Assembly (NCBI GenBank): GCA_965218785.1
Contig: OZ244650.1
Coordinates: 288,001 to 352,000 of the forward strand
From: Nitrosopumilus sp.
GTDB lineage: Archaea; Thermoproteota; Nitrososphaeria; Nitrososphaerales; Nitrosopumilaceae
Length of the DNA stretch: 64,000 bases
Reading direction: 5' to 3'
The notes below the pieces were generated by a model that was given only the letters and a program-made list of their open reading frames with translations, did no database searches and was not told the DNA's origin. The position numbers were made by a program, and so were the translations under genes. Positions within the stretch are counted from its first letter, which is position 1; each line of letters begins with the position of its first letter. Shown one piece after another: positions 9,007-19,226 of the stretch.

Positions 9007-11178
9007 ATGAAAAAACAGTATATTTTAGGATTTTTGCTTTTACTTGCCTCTACCATTGGTATGATGCAAAGCGGTGTTTATGCAGAGGAATTCCCAGACT
9101 CTGACGGTGATGGGGTTCCAAATGATATTGATTTTTGCCCTCATCTATTAGAAGACTATGATCCACAATATGGCAACGATATTGACGGCTGTCCGACGGA
9201 CTTTGTTCCGTGGTATGATACTGATAGTGACGGAATACAGGATCATATTGACAACTGTCCAACCGTAAAAGAAACCTATAACCAGATTCAGGATGAAGAT
9301 GGCTGCCCTGATTTATCATCTTATGATACAAATAACATTGTCGATTCTGACGGCGACGGCTTTCCAGACAATCTGGACCTGTGCCCAACACAGCCAGAAA
9401 CATTCAATGGAATTGATGACAAGGACGGCTGCCCTGATGATTCACTGACATCAAGGGATGCCGACAATGACGGACTTTCAGATACTGTAGATGCATGTCC
9501 GCTGGAGCCTGAAACATACAACAGATTCCAAGATGGCGACGGCTGCCCTGATGTTGTTGATGCAACTGCACCCCAGTACCAGTTTCCTGATACTGACGAT
9601 GACAAAATAGATGACAGGTGGGATTCCTGCATTGACGAGCAGGAGAACTATAATGGATACCTGGACTGGGACGGCTGCCCGGACGTACCTGGCATAATAT
9701 CTTTTAGTTCAATTGATTCTGATTACGACAGCATTCCCGATTTTATTGATGCATGTCCGTCAGAGCGCGAGAATTTCAACAAATTCCAAGACGGTGATGG
9801 CTGCCCAGATAACGTTGAACATGTAAGTACTGCAGATTCTGATGGTGACGGCATTTCAGACAAGTTCGACATGTGTCCTAATTCCAGAGAAACCTATAAT
9901 AAATTCCAGGATCTAGACGGATGCCCTGATTCCATAACAGAGGACAAAAAAACCGCCGATTCTGACGGTGACGGCTTTACAGACGATCTGGACCTGTGCC
10001 CAACACAGCCAGAAACATTCAATGGAACTGATGACGATGACGGCTGTCCGGATAATTCACCGACATCAAAGGATGGCGACAGTGACGGTATAATCGATAC
10101 CTCCGATGCATGTCCGCTAGAGCCTGAAGCATACAACGGATTCCAGGATGATGACGGCTGTCCGGATACTGTTGATGCAACTGCACCCCAGTACCAGTTC
10201 CCTGACGCTGACGGTGACAGAGTAGATGACAGGTGGGATTCCTGCATTGACGAGCAGGAGAACTATAACGGATACCTGGACTGGGACGGCTGTCCTGATG
10301 TTCCAGGAACATCCACAACTGCATTACCTGACATTGATTATGATGAGATTCCAGATCATTTAGATAAATGCCCAACAATATCTGAAAGATACAACGGATT
10401 CCAAGATGAAGACGGATGCCCTGATTCCGTAATTTATGATTCCTTTGGAGATGCAGACCTTGATGGTGTTATAGATAATGTTGATGAATGTACTGATGCC
10501 CGAGAAACTTACAATAAATATCTTGATCATGACGGCTGCCCTGATTTCATATCAGAGAACAAACGAACCGCCGATTCTGACGGTGACGGCTTTCCAGATT
10601 ATCTGGACCTGTGCCCAACACAGCCAGAAACATTCAATGGAACTGATGACGATGACGGCTGCCCTGATGATTCACTGATATCAAAGGATGGCGACAGTGA
10701 CGGTATAATCGATACCTCCGATGCATGTCCGCTGGAGCCTGAAACATACAACGGATTCCAGGATGATGACGGCTGTCCGGATGTAACCGTCTCTGCTACG
10801 TCGTCTTATAATTTCCCGGATGTTGACGGTGACAGAGTAGATGACAGGTGGGATTCCTGCATTGACGAGCAGGAGAACTATAACGGATACCTGGACTGGG
10901 ACGGCTGCCCTGACGTACTTGGAGCAGAATCTACTGCCCCAACTACTTTTGACTCTGATGATGACGGATATTCAGATACCGTGGATTCCTGTCCAACTAG
11001 CCCCGAAACTTGGAATAAATACAATGATCATGACGGCTGCCCTGATACTGTCCCTGAACAACAGAGATTTGTCCATGATCATGACCTAGATGGAATCCTC
11101 AATAATACAGATCAGTGCCCCCTTGACCCTGAAGATTATGACGGGGACAGGGACGAAGACGGCTGCCCAGATAACTGA
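9007..11178 (+). CDS. Secreted thrombospondin type-3-like repeat protein, copy 3
   Basis: MKKQYILGFLLLL signal peptide (ATG 9007) plus three 205-aa units. Confidence 0.9.
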   Translation: MKKQYILGFLLLLASTIGMMQSGVYAEEFPDSDGDGVPNDIDFCPHLLEDYDPQYGNDIDGCPTDFVPWYDTDSDGIQDHIDNCPTVKETYNQIQDEDGCPDLSSYDTNNIVDSDGDGFPDNLDLCPTQPETFNGIDDKDGCPDDSLTSRDADNDGLSDTVDACPLEPETYNRFQDGDGCPDVVDATAPQYQFPDTDDDKIDDRWDSCIDEQENYNGYLDWDGCPDVPGIISFSSIDSDYDSIPDFIDACPSERENFNKFQDGDGCPDNVEHVSTADSDGDGISDKFDMCPNSRETYNKFQDLDGCPDSITEDKKTADSDGDGFTDDLDLCPTQPETFNGTDDDDGCPDNSPTSKDGDSDGIIDTSDACPLEPEAYNGFQDDDGCPDTVDATAPQYQFPDADGDRVDDRWDSCIDEQENYNGYLDWDGCPDVPGTSTTALPDIDYDEIPDHLDKCPTISERYNGFQDEDGCPDSVIYDSFGDADLDGVIDNVDECTDARETYNKYLDHDGCPDFISENKRTADSDGDGFPDYLDLCPTQPETFNGTDDDDGCPDDSLISKDGDSDGIIDTSDACPLEPETYNGFQDDDGCPDVTVSATSSYNFPDVDGDRVDDRWDSCIDEQENYNGYLDWDGCPDVLGAESTAPTTFDSDDDGYSDTVDSCPTSPETWNKYNDHDGCPDTVPEQQRFVHDHDLDGILNNTDQCPLDPEDYDGDRDEDGCPDN
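9343..11178 (+). repeat. 615-bp higher-order intragenic tandem repeat (3 units)
   Basis: Same anchor at 9343, 9958 and 10573. Confidence 0.9.
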
Positions 11179-11225
11179 TATCGATTTTTGGCATAGTAAA
11201 TATATTCCAATCATGGATTCTTCAC

Positions 11226-12188
11226 ATGCTTCCAAAATTTTCTAGTAGGGCATTTTTAGCGCCCATGGCCGGAGTTAGTGATCCTGCCCTTCGTCTGCAA
11301 TGTAAACAAAAAGGAGCAGGTCTTGTTGTTACTGAATTTACAAATATTCATAGTATTATTGCCAAAGAAAGACAACTCAAGGAAAACGCCAAAACAATCC
11401 AGGAATTTATCGAGTATTCTGAAGAAGAACGCCCCCTCTCAATTCAGTTATTTGGTTCTGATCTTCCTGCATTAGAGATGGCAGCAAAGATTGTAGAACC
11501 GTATTTTGATATTATTGACTATAACATGGGATGTCCTGCACCACACATTACCCGGCAAATGGCAGGCGGTGCTCTTTTACAGGAAGTTAACCTAACTCAA
11601 CAAATCTTCAACACACTAGTCAATGCCGTAAAAAAACCCGTAACATTAAAAATCCGTTCCGGAGTAACAGATGCCAGCAAATTCCTTTTTAGAGAAATTG
11701 CTGAAATTGCAGAAGATGAAGGAATTAAAATGATTACTTTTCATCCTAGAACTGTCAGCCAGGGTTATTCTGGAAGTGCGGATTGGAATCAGATCAAGGA
11801 ACTAAAAGAAATATCTAATATTCCAGTTGTTGGAAACGGTGACATTACAACTCCTGAGGATGCTAAAACCATGATTGATGAAACCGGCTGTGACTATGTA
11901 ATGATAGGCCGTGGTGCGATGGGAAACCCGTTTTTGTTTGAACAAATAAATGATTATCTCAAAACCGGTTCTTACAACGAGTATTCCTTCAAAGATCGTC
12001 TGAATTCTTTTTTTGATTATTTACATCTAACAAATCAATATAAAATCAAATTTGCCAATATCAAGAGTCAGGCAATCCGATTTACAAAGGGTATGACGGG
12101 AGGCTCCAAACTGCGTTCAAAAATTACTTTTTCCAAAAATACTGAGGAATTGGAAAAAATTATGAACGATGCCCATACTTTATCCTAA
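11226..12188 (+). CDS. dusB: tRNA-dihydrouridine synthase (Dus family)
   Basis: LAPMAGVSD, NMGCP, KIRSG, HPRT, GNGDI and MIGRGA motifs. Confidence 0.92.
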   Translation: MLPKFSSRAFLAPMAGVSDPALRLQCKQKGAGLVVTEFTNIHSIIAKERQLKENAKTIQEFIEYSEEERPLSIQLFGSDLPALEMAAKIVEPYFDIIDYNMGCPAPHITRQMAGGALLQEVNLTQQIFNTLVNAVKKPVTLKIRSGVTDASKFLFREIAEIAEDEGIKMITFHPRTVSQGYSGSADWNQIKELKEISNIPVVGNGDITTPEDAKTMIDETGCDYVMIGRGAMGNPFLFEQINDYLKTGSYNEYSFKDRLNSFFDYLHLTNQYKIKFANIKSQAIRFTKGMTGGSKLRSKITFSKNTEELEKIMNDAHTLS

Positions 12189-12326
12189 ATTTGCCAAATT
12201 ATTGGGTGTCTCTTTATGTTTGTTTAATATTTAATCAGAATTTACGTCAAGTTTTTAAGTAAATCGGACTATTCTTATATAATTCAAGATGCCATTCTAT
12301 GTATGAAAATAGGAGTCAGATCATAA

Positions 12327-12566
12327 TTGGCAACAGCTTATGTTCTCATTAATTGTGAGCTGGGTTCTGAAGAAGCCGTAATATCAGAACTAAAATCAAT
12401 TGAGGGCGTAGTTGAAGTACATGGCACATTTGGCGCATATGATGTTCTAGTCAAAGTAGAGTCCGGTCAGGTTGAGGCACTGCGTGAAACTATCACCTGG
12501 AAAATAAGAAAAATCCCAAAAATCAGATCAACTCTGACATTGATGGGCATTGAAGGACAACAGTAA
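12327..12566 (+). CDS. Stand-alone Lrp/AsnC ligand-binding (RAM) domain protein
   Basis: AYVLIN...GTFGAYD...IRSTLTL; no HTH domain. Confidence 0.9.
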   Translation: MATAYVLINCELGSEEAVISELKSIEGVVEVHGTFGAYDVLVKVESGQVEALRETITWKIRKIPKIRSTLTLMGIEGQQ

Positions 12567-12698
12567 CTATTACAAATCCCGTTTTTATTCGGATTGTAAT
12601 GTCAACCCTTCAAAAAAAACATGTACCCCAAGGATCCACTGAGTGGTGTTACTTTTCTCGGTGGTATTTTCATTAGATTGTTTTACTGGATTCAGTGA

Positions 12699-13046
12699 TT
12701 AGAGGGCTTTAGAATCAGTCTTTTTTGATGTGATATTTAGAACACTATCCACATTAGATACCGCTATAATTCCATCCCCGCTCTCTCCCGTATATGCCGC
12801 ATCTGCAATTGCCTTTGAAATCTTTTCCACTTTTGAATCATCGACAATCGTGATTATGGTTGCAACCTTGTTGTATTTTGCAACAACCGTATTCGTTCCT
12901 CTCTCTGCCCCGATGGTCTGTCTTGTCCCAGAACCTCTTCCATTTCCTTCCAGAACTGTAAATCCACCAACCAAGTCATTAATTGCCTCAGAAACAACCC
13001 CTATCTTGTTTATTTGAATAGTTGCTTCAATTCGTTTCATCTTCAT
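12699..13046 (-). CDS. glnB: P-II family nitrogen regulator
   Basis: MKRIEATI, GRGSG and TGESGDGII motifs. Confidence 0.85.
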   Translation of the reverse strand: MKMKRIEATIQINKIGVVSEAINDLVGGFTVLEGNGRGSGTRQTIGAERGTNTVVAKYNKVATIITIVDDSKVEKISKAIADAAYTGESGDGIIAVSNVDSVLNITSKKTDSKAL

Positions 13047-13167
13047 TATTCTTCAGTACCGCTTAAAAGGAATCACATGTTTTTAATCCGTTTTTATGAT
13101 ACCATGGGGAGGAGGAGGTTATTTCATAATCCTGTGGCCTTTTTTAGTATTAAAACAAGGTAAAATT

Positions 13168-13344
13168 ATGAAAAGCGATGAAAAAAGGTCCCACAGATTA
13201 AACTATCTTTTAAAGTATTATCTGATAAATCCCAGGGAACACGATCTATATCAAAGAGCCAAACAAATGGGCGTATCTGATTCAACTGCAAAGGATTACA
13301 TTCGAACAGTCATTATACAAGCCCAAAAAATACGCTCAAAATAG
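13168..13344 (+). CDS. Small hypothetical protein (possible HTH)
   Basis: 58-aa ORF from ATG 13168; RAKQMGVSDSTAKDY is helix-turn-helix-like. Confidence 0.6.
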   Translation: MKSDEKRSHRLNYLLKYYLINPREHDLYQRAKQMGVSDSTAKDYIRTVIIQAQKIRSK

Positions 13345-13450
13345 ATTTTTGTAATTTTTTTTATGTAATTAATTACTTTTTCAGTCAAAAATAGACCATT
13401 AGAAATCTTAAACAAGGTATTCATAAATAATCATAGGGGAATAAAACACT

Positions 13451-14122
13451 ATGACTAACTCACTACTCGATGATGTAAACGCTCTTTTAGAGAAGGGTTT
13501 TGGAGACGATCGAATTTTAAGGCAGATTTGCAGGGCATGTAAGAATGATGAAATTATCAGTAATTATGAGAGAAATTATGTTAAAAAACTGGCAGAAGAA
13601 CATCTGGGAAAAAAACCAGAAATTATTCAAACTCTGCCTATTGAGAAACCACTAGTTCCAGATGTAGTGCTGCCCCAACTGCCAACTGTTCAAAAAACAC
13701 AGAAAATCCGGCCCAAACTGTCACGAATCATCCCTTTCAAATTAAAAAAATCAAAAATGACGTTGGGTATTGGCAGTCTTGTCTTGATAGTAATTATCGC
13801 ACTTGCCGTATCTAGTGTCGACATACCGTCACCTCCTATAATTCCAGACGGATTATCAATTCAAACTGATTTATCATCTTATGCTACAAAAAACATAATC
13901 TCAATTAGTGGCATATCTGATACTACCGGAACTGTGAATCTATCAATTGAAAATCAAAATAATGAATCTGTATGGTCAGAACAGGTTTCCTTAAAAAATG
14001 ATGGAAGATATTCCACACTAGTAATAGCTGGCGGGCTGGGCTGGGATGGTTCTGGTACTTATACAATTACAGCAGATAACGGGGTGGAAGAAAAATCAAG
14101 CACGTTTTCATTTACTGCGTGA
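13451..14122 (+). CDS. Hypothetical single-pass membrane protein
   Basis: N-terminal GFGDDRILRQI domain, central TM helix, Ig-like C-terminus. Confidence 0.75.
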   Translation: MTNSLLDDVNALLEKGFGDDRILRQICRACKNDEIISNYERNYVKKLAEEHLGKKPEIIQTLPIEKPLVPDVVLPQLPTVQKTQKIRPKLSRIIPFKLKKSKMTLGIGSLVLIVIIALAVSSVDIPSPPIIPDGLSIQTDLSSYATKNIISISGISDTTGTVNLSIENQNNESVWSEQVSLKNDGRYSTLVIAGGLGWDGSGTYTITADNGVEEKSSTFSFTA

Positions 14123-14718
14123 TTTTCCCAAATTCCATCCGGTGAGAATCAACTACTTTTCAAGTTTTCCTGCACTGATCTCTTGGTGCATTGATGTATA
14201 CTACTAGAATTTTGTCTGCCCGAATCACTGCATAACTGTCGCCGGTGTTTTTTGGGATTGTACCTGATCTGCATTGACTCATTTCAAATATCCATAGTTG
14301 ATTCTGGTTTGAAAAATCAGCATCATTAGCCAGCCACATAAGCAAAACATTGCTGATTGGTTTAATTTCATGCGGTTTTTCACATGTAATGATCCGTCTT
14401 TTGAAATGTTATCTCATTAAATCCCCTGAATTAAGATAACAAAACCACTCTGTTTAACAGGCCAATCTGTTTTCCACTGAAGGTATCATTCCATGTACAA
14501 TCGGATTTCATAAAACTTTTTTTACGAGAATCTGATTCATCAGAAATCTGATATTTTGCCTCTGGATTTACGAATAATTTGTTCAGAATTATGATCTGAC
14601 TGGATCTGATTTTCTTTTCATATGGTGTATCAATTAATTTATCTGTTCTAATTCCTACAATGGACTTTCACCTTTGATAGAACAGTCCAAAATTTAGCAA
14701 AGTCACGGTCTTTCTGCC

Positions 14719-14940
14719 TTATCTGCAGAAAAACTCCCCTCCTGCCCCCTTGTACAAAACAAAGTATTCTTCTGGATTTTTTCTATCTTTTTTGGCATTT
14801 AAGGCATCCTGATACATTTCAAAATGCTCAACTACGTACAGTCTGTTTCCCAGCTGAGCAAAATAATCTATTCCGACCAGATCAAAGCCCATTTCAGGAG
14901 TCAGATTCATCTTCTCTTCTTTAAAAACGTCTTGAGTCAA
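14719..14940 (-). CDS. Conserved hypothetical protein
   Basis: 73-aa ORF directly downstream of tbp. Confidence 0.65.
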   Translation of the reverse strand: MTQDVFKEEKMNLTPEMGFDLVGIDYFAQLGNRLYVVEHFEMYQDALNAKKDRKNPEEYFVLYKGAGGEFFCR

Positions 14941-14969
14941 TTCTATTTTTTTGAAATATCGTAATTAAA

Positions 14970-15533
14970 TCACTGATCATAAATCATCAGATTTTTTTCT
15001 TCCAGCAACGAATGCAAGTTATGTACAGAACGATACACATCTGATTCTTTTTTTGCCCCGGTACATACTAGTTTTCCTGACGCAAATAACAATATCACGG
15101 TTTTTGGATCAAGCATTCTATGTATGAGTCCTGGAAACTGTTCTGGTTCGTACATACTTCGTGGCAGTGTTCTTGCCGCTTTTTCCAAATGAATCTTTCC
15201 ACCAAGATTGATTGCAGCTACTATATTTTGAACTGTAATTACCGCATCGTTTTTTATTCTGATCTTCCCTTTTCTTAGTTTTTGAACAACGGTGTTCACA
15301 GCTTTGATTGCCATCTCTTCTGATTTTGCCCCGGTACAAACCATCTTTCCTGTTCTAAAAATCAGGGTTGCAGTTCTAGGTGTCTTTAATCTGAAAACAA
15401 GTCCTGGAAACTGTTCAGGATGATATTCCGTATCTGGAAATTTTTCTGTAATCTTATTCAAGTCAATTTTCTGTTCAACTGATGCAGAGGCTACCACATT
15501 TTCAACGCTAACAATGGGCTTGGTTTGAGGCAT
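14970..15533 (-). CDS. tbp: TATA-box binding protein
   Basis: Two repeats of Y(H/E)PEQFPGL...GKxVCTGAK. Confidence 0.98.
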   Translation of the reverse strand: MPQTKPIVSVENVVASASVEQKIDLNKITEKFPDTEYHPEQFPGLVFRLKTPRTATLIFRTGKMVCTGAKSEEMAIKAVNTVVQKLRKGKIRIKNDAVITVQNIVAAINLGGKIHLEKAARTLPRSMYEPEQFPGLIHRMLDPKTVILLFASGKLVCTGAKKESDVYRSVHNLHSLLEEKNLMIYDQ

Positions 15534-15598
15534 AACATGGGACTTTAAATAGCCCTTTATATATACTAGACCAGGTTTTTTCTAAAAATCACAACGAG

Positions 15599-16075
15599 CT
15601 AATGATGGCCAATCCATTGATAACGATACTCTTCATCAATAATGTCTGCAACTATCTCACTGTCTTTGATTTTTGGCATATCAATCTCAAAAAATCCCAA
15701 CTTGCCCTTGCATGGAATTGGAACTCTGAATGCCTTTTGATTTTTTAGCATAAATCCACAAGTGTTATCATGAAAATCTTTTGATGCCAGATGAAATTTT
15801 TGATCCGCCTTGATCTCCTTAATCGAATTGTATTTTTTTACTTTGTAAATCTCGGCTTTTCCAATTATTCTGCCTGTAACAAATTTTTTGCTAATTCCTA
15901 GCCTTTTACAGTCCTTAGTCTTTATTTTTAGCGGGGCATGAACTAGAAATTCCCCGCGGAAATTTGTGTTCCATTTTCTTAGTTCAATGGTTTTTTTGCC
16001 TGAAATAATTAAATCCGCAAATGGCTGAGAAACTGAGAGACATTTCAAGACATTATTCTCTGGCTGTCTGAACAT
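15599..16075 (-). CDS. ASCH domain protein
   Basis: CLSVSQPFADLIISGKKTIELR and GKLGFF motifs. Confidence 0.9.
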   Translation of the reverse strand: MFRQPENNVLKCLSVSQPFADLIISGKKTIELRKWNTNFRGEFLVHAPLKIKTKDCKRLGISKKFVTGRIIGKAEIYKVKKYNSIKEIKADQKFHLASKDFHDNTCGFMLKNQKAFRVPIPCKGKLGFFEIDMPKIKDSEIVADIIDEEYRYQWIGHH

Positions 16076-17594
16076 ATTCTCCGGGATCTTTACCCTGTCC
16101 CTCAGGCAGGCTGGTTATTCCACCATTGAGACTTTCAGTAACTATGCCCTTACCTGCAAGTACCTTGGTTGCCATAAGCGATGTGTTTCCTGCCATACAA
16201 ATTAACAGTGCCTTGCCCTTGGCTCCGTTCAGCTCTTTTGTAAGCTCTTCAGGAACCTGCTGTGTTGATAATAGCTGATTTATGGTACTTGCCTTTGGAA
16301 TTACAATTTTTTCTTTGTCCACTCCTAAAGATTTGGCGATAATTTCAATCCCCTTCTCCTTTGGAGCATACTGTGGATGGACCCATATTATTTTATCATA
16401 TTCTTCAACACTTGATGCTGCCTCCTCTAAGGAGACTTGAATGCGTTGATTAGATGAGATTGATTCCAGATTTTTTCTATACTTTTCTATACCGTCAGCA
16501 ACTACAACTATGAATTTCCCTTTTTCTCCATTACCTGTCATTTCTAATATGGAATAAAGCGCAAGTGCGGTGCTTTCACCAATATTGTGACCCTTATCTA
16601 CGAAGAATTTTAGTAAATGCTTTGCTTGTCCAAAATCAACCTCGTGCTGGGCCGCGTATGCGTCCGGATTGTATAGTCTTAGCCCGTCTGCCTTGGCCTT
16701 GGTTCTAATTCCTGCAACATCCTGGCCTGCGGGTGGAAATACCACATGCACGGCCTTTTTTCCATATTTTTCATTCATGTATTTACTTAATCCGCCAGAT
16801 GTGCCGCCTGTTCCAAAAGAACAAAGTATCCTATAATCTTCTAACGAATCCCCCTTTTCATGTAGCTGCTGATCAATTTCTACTGCGGTAATCGTTCTGT
16901 GGGCCTCGATGTTTAATTCATTGTCGTATTGTTCCGGACAGAAACAGCCATAAATTTTTGAGATTAGTTTTGCCAGATTAATGATATCTTCTGCAGTCAA
17001 TAGTTTTTCAATCTCCTCAACTGATTCGTCAAATTTTGCAGGCTCAAAACCCAATTCAGCTAGTTGGGAGCGTATGTTTGCAGCAGTCGCCTTTGTTTTT
17101 AACGCATCAGCATCGGCATCTTTCATTCCTGGGGCAGGACAGATATCCATATCAAGATCCATGATGCGGATGTTCTCGTTTCTTAGTTCTTTGAAGACTC
17201 CCTCCTGTAATTTTCTTGAAACAAGTGAAACCACGGTTAATCCGAGTTTTGACATTTGTCCAAGAGCAATTCCAAAATTACCTGATGTCGCCTCGATAAT
17301 TGCCTGATTGCTCTGCAATTTTCCGGTCTTAATTGCATCATGTATGATGTGAATGGCAGGCCTGATTTTGATCGAGCCTGATATCAAGTCGGCATCAAAT
17401 TTCCCATACACTTTCAAGTCCAAATTCGAAATATCTAGTTTGTAAAGATTTTTTGCACATTCTTTTAGCTCTGATGTAAGATCAGTAAGGGGCGTTGCAT
17501 TAACTACTTTGTCTCCTTTTAGATGTGGGATTTTACTCCAAATTTCCCGTTCAAATTTCTCAAGCAGTGGCCTGTCAACATCATTTTCTGGCAT
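16053..17594 (-). CDS. PLP-dependent cysteine synthase-like protein with C-terminal rhodanese-like domain
   Basis: GSIKIRPA (PLP Lys), EATSGNFG, GTGGT; C-terminal LLICMAGNTS...SLNGGI. Confidence 0.8.
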   Translation of the reverse strand: MPENDVDRPLLEKFEREIWSKIPHLKGDKVVNATPLTDLTSELKECAKNLYKLDISNLDLKVYGKFDADLISGSIKIRPAIHIIHDAIKTGKLQSNQAIIEATSGNFGIALGQMSKLGLTVVSLVSRKLQEGVFKELRNENIRIMDLDMDICPAPGMKDADADALKTKATAANIRSQLAELGFEPAKFDESVEEIEKLLTAEDIINLAKLISKIYGCFCPEQYDNELNIEAHRTITAVEIDQQLHEKGDSLEDYRILCSFGTGGTSGGLSKYMNEKYGKKAVHVVFPPAGQDVAGIRTKAKADGLRLYNPDAYAAQHEVDFGQAKHLLKFFVDKGHNIGESTALALYSILEMTGNGEKGKFIVVVADGIEKYRKNLESISSNQRIQVSLEEAASSVEEYDKIIWVHPQYAPKEKGIEIIAKSLGVDKEKIVIPKASTINQLLSTQQVPEELTKELNGAKGKALLICMAGNTSLMATKVLAGKGIVTESLNGGITSLPEGQGKDPGEYVQTARE

Positions 17595-17663
17595 TCTTTC
17601 TCTCTCTTCCTACCGTCAATTTTCTGCTCATATAAAATATCCTGATGGCATACTGCTGAAGAC

Positions 17664-19226
17664 CTATCTTTCTAAAATATGAATTACCTTGCTTGGAATA
17701 TCATTTAATCTGCTCACTGCCACGGTCTTTTCATATCCCAAATGTTTCAGATTATTTGCTATGGTGATGGCCCTTACCGTATTTGGACCCAAACCCAAGG
17801 CCGCCATGCTGATTCCAAGTCTTTTGAGGGCCTTGGTCATGTTTCTGACCGCGTCTGGATCTGATGGCTCGCCATCTGTCAGCGTCAAAAAAATATCGGG
17901 TCTTTTTGATTGTAAAATTGGAAACATTCTGTCATATACTTCTGCTAGCGGGGTTGAACCATTGGCAATCACATGTGCCAATCTTTTTGCAGTAATGCGG
18001 TTCCATTTTACGTTGTCTGGTTTTATAGACCAGCATACCACTGATCTGTCTTGTGTACTAAACGCATATACTGCAAATTTTACTTTAAGATAAGATAAAA
18101 CTTCACAAAGTGCCAGAGTTGCCTTTTTGTATTCAAGAGCATCTGATGCAATACTTGATGAATGATCCAACAGTATTACAATTTTGGTCTTGATGGATTT
18201 TTTTATATCTGTAAAAAACGGCTCTTGGCCTTCCATGTAACTTTCCTCATCAAATTCGTCTCCGGATCTCATGTGCTGTTCTTTCCAGCCTGACTTCCAT
18301 TCCTTGAATTTCATTTTTAATCCGTTGATCAAACTCATGTCATAGATTGCCGTTTCATTAACATTTTTTGTAGAAGGAATCTGTATTCCTATTGCTTCTG
18401 GAGTCAGTCCCTGATTCTCCATTTTTTCATTTTCATCAAGCAATACCTTGTATTCGTCATAGACATCCTCTCCCCTTGATATGGCATCAGGATCAACTGA
18501 ACCAAAATCCCCTTCCTTATTTTTAGAGATTACTTTTAAAATTTTCAACAACTCTTCTTCTGACATTGCCATTCCAGCTTTCATAAAAGGCAGGGATACC
18601 GGTATTGTAAGAAGTGAGTCAATATCTAGAATTTTAACTATCTCACTTACATTTTTTTCAAGCCAGTTAGTATCGTGATTTTCCTCAATTGCCTTACTGA
18701 CACTTTTTTTTGCAAACAAGGTTGCTTTTTTTATTTTTTCAAAATGACTGGACTGGATTTCCCCCTTTATTGCGCCAAACATGAAATATTGATAAAACGC
18801 CTCTACGATTCTGGTCTTTCCATATACTGTGTGAAGCTGCGGTCTTGCAACAAGCATATAGGCATAATTGAAGATGATTTCATCATCCATTCCCTTCCAT
18901 ATCTTCCTGCCCAGCTGTTCAACTCTCTGTGTTTCCATGGTGTTAAGAATGAATCCAAACGCATGATCATTGCTGAGAATCTTTTCACAGAATTTCACCC
19001 TCATTGCCTCATACCACAGTGACGTCCTGAATTGACGGTATTTTTGAAAATTATTTCCGATTCTTTTTTCAAGTGGTGTTAGAATGACTTTATTTTCATT
19101 CAGTCTTGTCTTTGTTTCCATCCTGTCTGAAATCTCAACAATCATCCCGTCTCTTTCAGACCATCTTCTTACAAGAAAAGTCGCAATTTCTACCAATGAT
19201 TCGTTTTGAAGTTGAATTGATTGCAT
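17664..19226 (-). CDS. VWA-domain protein (NorD/CbbO-like MoxR partner)
   Basis: MIDAS motif DHSSS, GSTPL, LTDGEP; abuts the MoxR gene. Confidence 0.88.
   Translation of the reverse strand: MQSIQLQNESLVEIATFLVRRWSERDGMIVEISDRMETKTRLNENKVILTPLEKRIGNNFQKYRQFRTSLWYEAMRVKFCEKILSNDHAFGFILNTMETQRVEQLGRKIWKGMDDEIIFNYAYMLVARPQLHTVYGKTRIVEAFYQYFMFGAIKGEIQSSHFEKIKKATLFAKKSVSKAIEENHDTNWLEKNVSEIVKILDIDSLLTIPVSLPFMKAGMAMSEEELLKILKVISKNKEGDFGSVDPDAISRGEDVYDEYKVLLDENEKMENQGLTPEAIGIQIPSTKNVNETAIYDMSLINGLKMKFKEWKSGWKEQHMRSGDEFDEESYMEGQEPFFTDIKKSIKTKIVILLDHSSSIASDALEYKKATLALCEVLSYLKVKFAVYAFSTQDRSVVCWSIKPDNVKWNRITAKRLAHVIANGSTPLAEVYDRMFPILQSKRPDIFLTLTDGEPSDPDAVRNMTKALKRLGISMAALGLGPNTVRAITIANNLKHLGYEKTVAVSRLNDIPSKVIHILER

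Noticed and set aside
3292-11089. Many short antisense or alternative-frame ORFs in the TSP3 genes
   Set aside because: Shadows of biased repeat codon usage
5517-11178. Diversity-generating retroelement TR/VR pair
   Set aside because: No reverse transcriptase in the window, and differences between units are not adenine-specific
14160-14400. Possible cupin-like gene remnant (IPKNTGDSYAVI...YINAP)
   Set aside because: Similarity too weak to support without a search
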